From assembly GCA_963823665.1 (NCBI GenBank), contig CAWGMQ010000004.1:2752001-2816000 (forward strand): DNA of 64,000 bases, read 5' to 3'. Every line of letters starts with the position of its first letter. Position 1 is the first letter of the stretch. A program made the translations under genes and the position numbers. Positions 48,651-58,512 of the stretch are shown here, one piece after another. The stretch comes from an uncultured Planctomycetota bacterium. GTDB lineage: Bacteria; Planctomycetota; Planctomycetia; Isosphaerales; Isosphaeraceae. Below the pieces are notes generated by a model that was not told where the DNA came from, did not search any database, and was given only the letters and a program-made list of their open reading frames with translations.

Positions 48651-48956
48651 ATGCGTGCGCGTCGTCAATTTCAACCGATGGTGGATGCATTGTCCTATCG
48701 GATCGCCCCCTCCGGCCTGATTGCCTCGCCGGCATTGTCGCTTTTGCTCAGCCACGAGACTTTCGCGACTCACGCGGTCGCTTCGAGCCACTCGGCCGTC
48801 TTGAGCAAACCGCTGTCCGTGAGCCACTCGGCTGCGTCGACCGCGAGCGGGCCGACCATGTCGGCGGCGGATACCGACATGGCGGAAACGGGCACGCTGG
48901 GGCTAATCCTGGCGGGGCCACCGCCTACAACCGGCGGCGGCACTCTGACGTGCTGA
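48651..48956 (+). CDS. Small protein (101 aa) with LEPR-XLL/Planc_extracel-like N-terminal motif
   Basis: aggag at 48639-48643, ATG at 48651: MRARRQFQPMVDALSYRIAPS...; S/T/A-rich body; ends PPPTTGGGTLTC*. Confidence 0.65.
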   Translation: MRARRQFQPMVDALSYRIAPSGLIASPALSLLLSHETFATHAVASSHSAVLSKPLSVSHSAASTASGPTMSAADTDMAETGTLGLILAGPPPTTGGGTLTC

Positions 48957-49563
48957 GGTCCAGCAGGGAGTGTCTGATTCGCCAGACGAGAGATCCGGGC
49001 AGTTTGGATTTCATGGCTCTGTCGTGGGTTCGATCTTTTCCGTGAGCAGAGCGGTTGCGTCCACTGGCGTGGCCCGTTCGGTCTCTGTGTCACCCGGCAG
49101 GAATCAGCCAAGATGTCTGTATCGCCACAACAGAGAGCGAATCGTGCTCCAAGGGCGCGAAGTCGCTGTTCAGCAAGCTTTAAAGCGGCAGAAGATTATG
49201 GACCGTCGGGTCGGGATGTCCCATAGTGCTCGACACCTTGCTCCTCTGGACATGCATTTTTGGGCAGACTCGAAGGCAACAGCAGTTATAGAAAGGAATG
49301 CACCGTAGGACCGGAGCAGTGGTTTTACGGGAGTTCGGGCGATATCAGCCCGGCAAGTCAACTCATTTTACCCAATCTACGAACACTTTGGAGAGATCGT
49401 TCCCCTAGATTGCCTTTTTTAGGGTAGAACCCTGTTCCCCCCTGGCTTGCGGACGTTACAATCGATCGTCCAGGATGCTCTGTGCGGGGTTGGATTCCAA
49501 TTCCCGCGTGATGCGAATTGCATCCATCCGGCACAGCAGCATCGGAACAGGGGGGCATCCACC

Positions 49564-50155
49564 ATGACTGAGTTGTCACATCCAGAGCCGGCGCACGACA
49601 TCGGCAGCACCTGGGAAGAAGCGCAGAAGGGAGATCCGATCGCCTGGGAAGCACTGTTCAAGGAGTGTTATCCCAAGGTGCGGCGGGTCGTGCGCCGCAA
49701 GTTGAACCGATCGATGCGGTCGTTGTATGACTCGACCGATTTTGCCAACGACGCCATGGAGCGGCTCGCAGCCAACATCGATCTTGTTGCAGTTCCCCTC
49801 GTTCGGCTCATTAATTGCGTTTCTCGCACAAGTGGCCGAACAGAAGGTCATTGACGAGTATCGCCGTCAACACACCTTGAAGCACGACGTCTCGAGGGAA
49901 CGGCCCCTGTCGGCCAATGATGCGGGGCCGATTCAGGTGCCGTCGCACGATCCCAGCGCCAGTCAGCTTGCGCAGGCGAATGAGTGCCACGAGCGGTTGC
50001 TTGCGCGTGATGACGAGATCGAGCGGGTCATCATCGAGCTGCGGCAGCAGGGTTACACGACGGCGCACATCGCGGAAAAGACCGGTTGGAATGTTCGCAA
50101 GGTGCAGAGGTTCCTCAAAGACCTCCTTGATTCGTTGGATGAGCCCGGAGATTGA
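49564..50155 (+). CDS. ECF-type sigma factor; frameshift near 49785
   Basis: GDPIAWEALF..YPKVRRVVRRKL..YDSTDFAND; KVIDEYRR; ELRQQGYTTAHIAEKTGWNVRKVQRFL. Confidence 0.85.
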
Positions 50156-50157
50156 GA

Positions 50158-53003
50158 ATGAAGTCGCGCCGCGCCTCGGTCCGCATCGAACGGCGGACTG
50201 GATAGCGTGGACAGCGCCGTGCGGATGCTCGAGGATGAGTGGCGAAGACACGGTGACGTCCACTTGGAGAGCTTCTGGGCCGATCAGAACCGAATGGGAG
50301 CGGTCGGCGCTGTCGACTCGCTCGAGGTGCTCGTCGGAGCTCGTCAAGACCGACCTCAGACGGCGGTTTGATGCCGGACAGAGGCCGACGGTTGCGCGAG
50401 TACCTCGATCGGTTTCCCGAGCTGTCGGCTGCAGACAGCCGGGTACTCAGCCTGGTGTACGAGGAATTCTGCCTTTGCGAGGAGCGCGACGGCTGTGCCG
50501 ATGTCGACTCGTTCTGCGACCGCTATCCGGACTGGAAGAGCTCGCTCGAGTCGCAGCTTCGTTATCATCGGCTGATCAGCCAGGCGGCCGGGCCGCACCG
50601 AAGCACTGCCGCGGTTTCCGAAGGCGGGCGAGACGTTCGAGGAGTTTGAGCTGCTGTCGCTTCTGGGCAAAGGGGGGACGTCGCGGGTCTTCCTGGCCCG
50701 GGACCTTTCGCTCGGGGGCAAGCACGTGGCCTTGAAGGTCACGCTTGACCGGGGTCAGGAGCCGAAGATTCAAGGGCCGCTCGAGCATCCCCATATCGTC
50801 CCGGTGAATTCGGTCACGTATCCGGCGGAGGGCGGACTGTGCGGCTTGTCGATGCCTTATCAGCCGGGCCTGCCGCTCGACGAGATCATCAAGCGAGTGA
50901 CAGCCGTCCCGACGGCCGGCCCGGGCACTGGCCTTCTGGAGCTCGCTGTTCGGCGGGCCGAGCGTCGGCGATCAATCCCGGGACTCGGAATTGATCCCGG
51001 CTCTGGACGCCCAGGCTTTCCCGCAAGGCGATGGCTGGAACGGCTTTCCCACCCGCGGCACTTATTCGCAGGGTGCAGCCTGGATCGCGATGGTTCTTGC
51101 CCGGGCCTTGCATTACGCTCACGGGAGACAGATCCATCACCGCGACGTCAAGCCCGCCAATATTCTGCTCACGATCAATCACGGGCCGCAACTGCTCGAC
51201 TTTAACCTGGCCGAGTCGCCGCACTCGGCCGACCACGCGCAGGCGGCCCTGCGAGGCGGCACGTTGCCCTACATGGCACCGGAGCAGATCCGGGCGTTTC
51301 TCAATCCCGAGCTGTGGAGCAACGTGGGGCCGGTGCCGACATCTACTCCCTGGGGTTGGTGCTTCGCGAGCTCTTGACCGGCCAGATGCCCGACCTGCCC
51401 CGAAAGGGGCTGCCGGCGGCCCGCGCGATGAATGACCTGCTCGACCGCAGGCCCCATCTCGACACCGCCGTCCGCGCGATTCAATCCCGCGATTCCACCG
51501 TCGCTCGAAGCGATCGTGGTGAAGTGCCTGGCACTCGATCCCGGTGATCGGTATGCCGACGCGGAGTCGCTTGCGCCACGACCTTGAGCGATTCCTCGAA
51601 TCATCAGCCCCTGCTCGAGGCCGGCAACCCGTCGCGGCGCGAACGGTTGACGTAATTACTGGATGCGACAGCGACGGAGAGTCTCACGCGCAGGGTATCG
51701 TCGCAGCCGGCATACTTGCCATGATGGCGGGGCTTGCGTATCCTGCGAGGGAATGGCTTTGGCCGCGAGAGCCGTCGTCGGTGCTGGAGTTTCAGTCCGC
51801 CGTCACGGCTGTTGAGCAAGGCAATACCAGAGAGGCCGCAGAAACCTTCAAGCGAGTCGTGAAGGACTTTCCGCGGTCGTGCTTGGCCCGCTTTTATCTT
51901 GCCTTCTCTCGTGGACGATACGCGGCAGGGTGAATTTGACGCCAAGCGCTATCTGAGAGAGGCGCTTGGCGGTCGTCGGACGTTGAGAAAACGGTGCTCG
52001 ACTGGTCCGAGGAAGCACCCCGAATTCTGCGCACTTCTCGTTGATTGCGTCGAGCGAGGCATCGCCCGCGCCGACGAGTTCGTGTATAAATACGATAAGG
52101 ATGATCCAGCACGTGAGGTCGAGCTCGATAGCGAGCTTCGTCTGCCAGGTTATGGCGACTTCCGACAGGCTCTCCAGCTCGCGGAGAAGCTCGATCCGAC
52201 GTCGCTGAAGACTCAATATCTTCTCGCCAAGACGGACGCAGTTTTCGGAGACTACCAGACGTCGTACGAACGGACTTCAGCCGTGATCGACTCCCTGTCG
52301 AAGGAGTCGGAGATTAATGCGAGTTTTCTGCTCTTCAGTACGCACCTCCGTGGTCGGGTCGCGTTTCTGCTCGTCGAGCAGCAACGACAACGAGGTGACA
52401 AGATCGACCGAGCAGACCGTGACGCTGCTCGAGCGGGCCGTGCGCGAACTCGAGCATTGCAGCAGGGTATTGAACGCGATTGGCTCTAATTCACCTCATG
52501 TAATGAAAGTCTACCGCGTCGTCCATGACCATTTGAGAGCGACGCTGAATCTGGCCGAAGTTGAGATGGATCTGCAACGTCCGGACGAAGCCGGCTTCCA
52601 ACTCGATTCCTCAACGAAATTGATGACGACGCTCAAGAAGAAGGCTCGCTCTGCTGGGCTGGACGTTTCCGCAGTCAACAGTTTGAATCGCCGGCTCGAA
52701 GAAGCATACGATCGCCACAAGAGAATTCAGGGAATTGCAAGCGCAGCCTCTGAGCCGCTCGCACGCGGAACTCAACGATTTGCTCACGAACGAGCCAAGA
52801 TGGAACAGCCAACCTCGGCTATCGGTCGCTGTCCCATTTCCGTGACCTTGCGAGGTGCTTCCGAGCGCGGCCGGCTATCCGTCCCGAGGACCTTGCATGA
52901 CCGACCTGATCACCGAGATCTGGGCTGGCCTCAAGGACGCCGGGATGCCGGACGTGATGCTTTACCTTCCCGATGGCTCGGCGTGCCGCTGCCACTGGGA
53001 TGA
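50158..53003 (+). CDS. Ser/Thr protein kinase with TM segment and C-terminal TPR-like region; many frameshifts, 3' end approximate
   Basis: Across frames: [63 protein letters not shown]. Confidence 0.85.
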
Positions 53004-53409
53004 GACGGCGCTCATCGGGGACGTGCGAGTGGCCTTGCTGGCGGACCAGGATCGGAAGATCGTCCGGATCATGCCGATCCACGAATGCAAGGGGATCGGA
53101 ATCGCCAGCCCCAAGGGGACTGATCCGGCCGGCTATCGCACGGTCGTGCAGGCCAAGCTCAAAGAGCAGTTCGAGGGCGAGCCGTGCCGAGCAATCGCCC
53201 GAGACTTGAGCACGCCTGTATCTGTCCTCTTCCGACACGGGGTCGGCCTGGCTCCGGGGGTGAAAGCGCGCATGGACCTCGCGGAGCCGGCTCAGCTCGA
53301 CCCGCGTGTAGATCTGCGTCGTGGCAATCGACGCGTGGCCGAGCATTTCCTGCACGACGCGGAGATCGGCTCCCCCGGCAAGCAGGTGGGTGGCGAAGCT
53401 GTGCCGTAG
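52897..53409 (+). CDS. Hypothetical protein; true stop probably near 53210
   Basis: gagga + ATG at 52897 ([12 protein letters not shown]...); the tail overlaps xerD on the opposite strand, implying an indel. Confidence 0.5.
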   Translation: MTDLITEIWAGLKDAGMPDVMLYLPDGSACRCHWDETALIGDVRVALLADQDRKIVRIMPIHECKGIGIASPKGTDPAGYRTVVQAKLKEQFEGEPCRAIARDLSTPVSVLFRHGVGLAPGVKARMDLAEPAQLDPRVDLRRGNRRVAEHFLHDAEIGSPGKQVGGEAVP

Positions 53410-54169
53410 CGTGTGCGGGCTCACGTCGCCGCTGGCAGCCGCTGGCCCGAGCGTGGCGCTTGACGATCGACCACAAGCCAATCCGCGACAGCGGCCGGCC
53501 TGATTTCGCCACGAACACCACATCGGTTTCCGGCCTGCGCGCGACGAGCGCGGGCCGGTCCTGGCTGAGGTAAACCGAAATGGCCGCGATCGCGCTCGAG
53601 CCCAGGGGAACTTGCCGCTCCTTGTCCCCCTTGCCGACGCAGCGGGCCGTTCCTTTCCTGAGATCCAGATCACCGGCCGCAGCCCGACGACCTCGGAGGC
53701 GCGGCAGCCGGTGGCATAGAGCGTCTCGAGCAGCGCACGATCGCGGCGGCCCAGCCGCGTCGCCGTGCTGGGGGCAATCGAGCAGTCGCAGCGGTGGCGG
53801 CCGGGCTCAGGACCGTCGGCAAACGGTCCCAGACCACCGGGGCGATCAACAGCTTGGCGACGTTCTCGGTGACCTTGCCTTCGAGCACCAGGAAGCGGAA
53901 GAACGTCGAGAGGCTCGCCAGGTGCCGGCATACGCTGCTCGCCGAAAGAAGCGCGCAATTCAGCGAGTCGACGTAGTCGCTCAGCGTGATTGCATCCAGT
54001 TTCGAGAGTTCGACGGGCGGCTTGATTTGCGCCATCGCAGGAACCGCATCAGGTCAGACCGGTAAGCCGCCAGTGTATTGGGCGAAACGCCGCATTCCGC
54101 CATCAGATAATGCAAGAACGGGCCGACAGGATCGCGCTGTGGAGCGGGTTTTCGTGGGTCTCTTGTCAT
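53220..54169 (-). CDS. xerD: Tyrosine recombinase XerD-like; several frameshifts, 3' end approximate
   Basis: [82 protein letters not shown]. Confidence 0.88.
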
Positions 54170-54437
54170 GGACGGTTACCTTGATGATTTGGCGGATGCT
54201 CGTGTTTGAAGCATCGGCTGTTGGGCGACTGGGCCTTGACGGGAGGTACCGTCCGTCATGTGGCGTGGCAACCATTCCCCGGTAGATTTGTGCTGGGGCA
54301 GGGGTCTCGGGCGGCGCCCTTGGAGGCCATGACCGTCTTTGGTAGGGTGTGGGCCATTCGCGGCGTCGCTGCGTTCCCGTGCCTTCCACTCCGCGAGAAA
54401 ATGGTGGTGTTCCTGTGTTCTCGAGGGTATCGCGATC

Positions 54438-55022
54438 GTGGAAACTGTGGCGGTTCGTTACGAGCGTGAGCGGTTGATCGAGCTGCTGCAACGAGATGCG
54501 CTCAAACGAGGTACATTCACACTGGCGAGCGGCCGCACCTCGCATTATTACGTCGATGGTCGCAAGTTGACCCTTTCGGCAGAGGGTGCGGCATTGATCG
54601 GTGCGGGCGTGCTGGAGCTGCTTGCCGGAGAGTTCAAGGTTGATGCTGTCGGCGGTCTGACGATGGGGGCTGATCCGATCGTCGGGGCAACACTCGCCCT
54701 TGCGTCGGCTGCTGGCTTGGGCCATCTACGCGGGTTCCTGGTTCGCAAAGAGGCCAAAGCCCACGGAACAGGCAAGCTGATCGAGGGCCCGCTCGAGATG
54801 GGCTCGACCGTGGCGATCGTCGACGACGTGGCCACCACCGGCGGATCATCGATTCAGGCGGTTCAGGCCGCGGAGGCGATGGGCTGCAAGGTTGCGGTCG
54901 TGATCGCCGTGCTTGATCGACTCGAAGGGGCTGGCGCCGCCTTTGCCGCGCGAGGGTTGCCGTTTCGGGCACTTTTGACCATACGCGACCTGGGTGTTGA
55001 GCCGTTGCCGCCGGCTGACTGA
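54438..55022 (+). CDS. pyrE: Orotate phosphoribosyltransferase
   Basis: FTLASGRTSHYYVD, GGLTMGADP, VRKEAKAHG, IVDDVATTGGS. Confidence 0.95.
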   Translation: METVAVRYERERLIELLQRDALKRGTFTLASGRTSHYYVDGRKLTLSAEGAALIGAGVLELLAGEFKVDAVGGLTMGADPIVGATLALASAAGLGHLRGFLVRKEAKAHGTGKLIEGPLEMGSTVAIVDDVATTGGSSIQAVQAAEAMGCKVAVVIAVLDRLEGAGAAFAARGLPFRALLTIRDLGVEPLPPAD

Positions 55023-55098
55023 ATGCGTGCGTGCTGGGCGCAAGATCGGGTGATCGGTTTCTTGCCGCATGACGCGGCGAATCGGGGTGGACGGAGCC

Positions 55099-55758
55099 AT
55101 GGAGACCAGCCTGCATCGTGCGCTCAAGGATCGGTACGCATCGGGTGAAGACGACCGCCGGGAGGTGCGAATCGCGGGATTTCGGATCGATGCGATTGAT
55201 GAAACGGGGCGACTGATCGAGATCCAATCGGGGGCCCTTGGCCCACTTTGCGGGAAATTGCAGCGATTGCTGCCAGAGCATCGCCTGCGAATCGTCAAGC
55301 CGGTCGTGCTGTCGCGGCGGCTGCTTCGCACCTCGCCGAGGGGCGGATCGGTTCTGTCGGTGAGGCAAAGCCCGAAACGAGGTGCGCTGGTCGACGTATT
55401 CGACGATCTGATGGGAGTGGTGCGAATCTTCCCACATGCCAACCTGGACATCGAGGTGCTCGGCGTTTCGATCGACGAAGTGCGCATTCCGCGACGGCGC
55501 CGGCCGGGGTATACGGTCGCCGATCGGCGCCTGGGCCAGATTCAGGAATCGGCCACTCTGGCCCGTGCCGGCGACCTTTGGAGCCTCTTGCCCGCGGCCT
55601 GTGACAGCCGTACTTTCACCACGGCTGATCTGGCACGGCGGCTCGATCGACCGGTCTGGTTTGCCCAGCGCGTGGCGTATTGTCTGCGCAAGACGGGGGC
55701 AGCGCGCGTTGTCGGCAAGGCGGGGAATCGGCTTATTTATATTCCGCAGTGTGGTTAG
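55099..55758 (+). CDS. Hypothetical protein with PD-(D/E)XK-like nuclease motif and C-terminal HTH-like segment
   Basis: METSLHRALK..E....FRIDAI....LIEIQ; FTTADLARRL...AQRVAYCLR. Confidence 0.6.
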   Translation: METSLHRALKDRYASGEDDRREVRIAGFRIDAIDETGRLIEIQSGALGPLCGKLQRLLPEHRLRIVKPVVLSRRLLRTSPRGGSVLSVRQSPKRGALVDVFDDLMGVVRIFPHANLDIEVLGVSIDEVRIPRRRRPGYTVADRRLGQIQESATLARAGDLWSLLPAACDSRTFTTADLARRLDRPVWFAQRVAYCLRKTGAARVVGKAGNRLIYIPQCG

Positions 55759-55813
55759 GCTGTTGATGTGGCTACGTGCAACCGACGACAGGATCAGAGA
55801 ACGGAGAGCGGTG

Positions 55814-56947
55814 ATGGTTTGTGGATGGCGAGCTGTGAATCTGCGAATTGCGGCGACGGTCGCGGTCGTGTTTCTCTTCGGGACGGGATTGACCTGGGCC
55901 CAGGTCGTGGACTCACGGCCGGGTGAGCCTGCGAAGATGCCGCCCAATTCACCAGACGAGGCGGTGCGTCCAGCCGCGTCGCTGGCTGGCGCCGCCACGT
56001 TTTTGGACAGTGTGGCGCTTGACTGGACTCGTGCGCGGAAGTGCGGGACTTGCCACACGAATTATCCCTACATGGTTGCACGGCCCGCGCTCAAAGAGGC
56101 GGCGTCACCGGCAATGGCCGAGATTCGCGCTTTTTTCGAGAAGCGCGTGGCACACTGGGACGACGCCGAGAAAGACGCGAAACCGCGGTGGGATGCCGAA
56201 GTGGTGTCGACGGCGGCCGCGCTGGCGATGAACGACGCCGCGACGAGCGGGAAGCTGCACCCGCTGTCGCGCCAGGCCCTCGACCGCGTATGGACAGTTC
56301 AGAAACCCGACGGCGGGTTTGACTGGCTGAAGTGCGGCTGGCCGCCGTACGAGCATGACGATTATTACGGTGCGATTGTGGCGGCGCTTGGCGTGGGACA
56401 CGCGCCCGGCGGATATGCGGGCACTCCCGCCGCTCTCGCGGGCGTGAAGCGTCTGCGTGCTTATTTCTCGAAGAACCCTGCCCCGAGCTTCCACCATCGG
56501 GTCATGCTGCTCTGGGCTTGCATGCGGGTCGAAGGCTTGATGGCCGCAGACGAGCGAAACGCCACGATTGCGCGCCTGCGCGAGCTCCAGCGGGCCGATG
56601 GCGGGTGGAATCTTCCCTCGCTGATCGAATGGAAGCGCCATGACGGCAGTGCCAACGACCTCCAGGCTGCGAGCGACGGATACGCCACGGGGCTCTCGGT
56701 TTTCGTGCTCCGCCAGGCGGGAATTCCCGCATCCGACCCGTGCCTGAAGCGCGGTGTCGCGTGGCTGCTTGCGAATCAACGTGTTTCAGGTCGCTGGTTC
56801 ACTCGCTCGCTGAGCACCGACAAGCACCACTTCATCACCCACGCCGGAACGGCATTCGCCGCGCTCGCCTTGCAGGCTTGCGAGATCAACGGCGAACAGA
56901 CGGCGGGCATCGAGCGGGAGCGTTCCGAAAGCTCGCCGCGGCCGTGA
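55814..56947 (+). CDS. Secreted prenyltransferase/squalene-oxidase-repeat (squalene-hopene cyclase-like) protein
   Basis: Signal peptide; CGTCH; QW-like repeats QKPDGGF, QRADGGW, QRVSGRW; SDGYATG. Confidence 0.8.
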   Translation: MVCGWRAVNLRIAATVAVVFLFGTGLTWAQVVDSRPGEPAKMPPNSPDEAVRPAASLAGAATFLDSVALDWTRARKCGTCHTNYPYMVARPALKEAASPAMAEIRAFFEKRVAHWDDAEKDAKPRWDAEVVSTAAALAMNDAATSGKLHPLSRQALDRVWTVQKPDGGFDWLKCGWPPYEHDDYYGAIVAALGVGHAPGGYAGTPAALAGVKRLRAYFSKNPAPSFHHRVMLLWACMRVEGLMAADERNATIARLRELQRADGGWNLPSLIEWKRHDGSANDLQAASDGYATGLSVFVLRQAGIPASDPCLKRGVAWLLANQRVSGRWFTRSLSTDKHHFITHAGTAFAALALQACEINGEQTAGIERERSESSPRP

Positions 56948-57532
56948 TCATCGCTTTTCGCTTTCAGCCAGCCACCATAGGAGGCCGCCGGCGCAGACTC
57001 CGTGCTCAATCTCGCCTTGCTTGATCAGGTCGAAGATTTTCGAGACCGGAACGAGCTCGACCGTCAATTCCTCGGTTTGGTCGGGTGCGGGCTCGGCAAT
57101 ACGCGTCGCGTTGCGAATGACGATTGTTGAGATGCGTTGAGCCAGAAGCCCCGGATTCGGGGATAACGTGCCGAGAAGCACTGGAGAGTCGCCCGCGTAG
57201 CCGGTTTCTTCCAGAAGTTCTCGGGCGCCGGCGTTCAGAGGGTCTTCCCCGTCTTCAACCAGACCTCCGGGCGTCTCGAGGCTGTCGCGATGTAATCCGA
57301 CACGAAACTGTCGAACCATCACGACTTGATCGTCGGGAGTCAGCGCCACGACGTGCACGCCGTCCTTGAGATAGGCGACGAAGAAGTCGTGGATCTTGCC
57401 GGTCGTTCGCGATCGAAACCGCTCGCGGCACAGGCGAAGCAGCCAGTTATGCACGAGTGTTTCATCGCAAGTCCCTCCGGCTTCGCTCGTCCATGAGGAT
57501 GGGGAGTCGCGATTGACGGGTTCATCGGGCAC
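56948..57532 (-). CDS. NUDIX hydrolase
   Basis: Nudix box PGGLVEDGEDPLNAGARELLEETGY; VRQFR. Confidence 0.92.
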   Translation of the reverse strand: MPDEPVNRDSPSSWTSEAGGTCDETLVHNWLLRLCRERFRSRTTGKIHDFFVAYLKDGVHVVALTPDDQVVMVRQFRVGLHRDSLETPGGLVEDGEDPLNAGARELLEETGYAGDSPVLLGTLSPNPGLLAQRISTIVIRNATRIAEPAPDQTEELTVELVPVSKIFDLIKQGEIEHGVCAGGLLWWLAESEKR

Positions 57533-57550
57533 GCTATTGGTCCTTCCAGG

Positions 57551-57636
57551 GGGATGTCAGGCTGAAGCCTGACTTACTTGGGATGTCAGGATGAAGCCTG
57601 ACCTACTTGGAATTTCAGGCTGGAAGGCTGAGCTAC
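57551..57636. repeat. Tandem array of three GTAG-type REP palindromes (29-bp period)
   Basis: gtcaggctgaagcctgacttac / gtcaggatgaagcctgacctac / ttcaggctggaaggctgagctac. Confidence 0.85.
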
Positions 57637-58512
57637 AGCAGGACATTTTCGACGAGTTGAGCCACACCGTCCTCGTCATGGCCGCCGGTGACGAGATCGG
57701 CGGCGGCGATTACTTCGGGACGGGCGTGGCCCATGGCAACGCCGAGCCCCGCATTGCGGATCATCGGGATGTCATTCACGTCGTCACCGACGGCGCAGAT
57801 TGCGGACGGATCGATCCGCCAATGCCGCGATAAGTGCAAGATCGCGGCCCATTTGCCGGCATCGTGACGCAAGATCTCGCACATTGTTCCGCGGTATTTC
57901 GGGCTGCGCTGGACGAACGTCTGAATGTGCCCGTCGAGCCTGCGGTGGGTGGCCGCTTGAAACTCGAGCATCTCCGTACGGGTTCCGATCGCACAGATGT
58001 GGAAGATCGGGTCGCCGCCGCCATCGGATGGGTTCTCGTGATTCCGATGCGTTTGCCTCAGGTGCCATTGTTCGTTGATCTCGGCGTGCTCGTGGTTCTG
58101 GCCGACATATTCGTCGAAGTGGTCGCGGCCGGTCGGGTATGCGGCGACGATGAAATCGGGCTCGTGCGGGCCGCGGTCGGTGAAGACAACGGCCGGCTGG
58201 TCGTGGCTCTGAAACACATCGAGCACCAGGGCGGAGAGAGAGCCGTCAAAGTCGGCTCTCCAGATGGTGCGGCCGTTGGACGGATCTTTGATGATAGCGC
58301 CCGAGTTGCAGACGAGCGGGGCGTCGATCTGGAGGTCGCGGGCAATTGGCCAGGCGCGGCGGTAGCGACGGCCGGTGCAGAGCACGGGGCGAATTCCTGC
58401 GCGGGCAGCGCGCAGCGACGGCTTCGAGTGTACGGGGACGCAGCGTGCCATCGGGATCGAGCAGCGTCCCGTCAACATCGAGAGCCAGGATTTGAAAGCG
58501 ATGCGCGGTCAT
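57633..58512 (-). CDS. Cof-type HAD hydrolase; frameshift near 58415
   Basis: LALDVDGTLL (first frame); CTGR, NSGA, GK, VGDDVNDIPM..AG.GVAMG, DGVA. Confidence 0.9.

Noticed and set aside
48960..49560. Possible CDS upstream of the ECF gene
   Set aside because: Only short ORFs with atypical composition in all frames; probably regulatory or intergenic, though indels could hide a gene.
53220..54169. Integrase marking a prophage or genomic island
   Set aside because: Sequence looks like chromosomal XerD next to pyrE; no att sites, tRNA or phage genes nearby.
57551..57636. Possible mini-CRISPR
   Set aside because: 29-bp period with essentially no unique spacers; these are REP palindromes.
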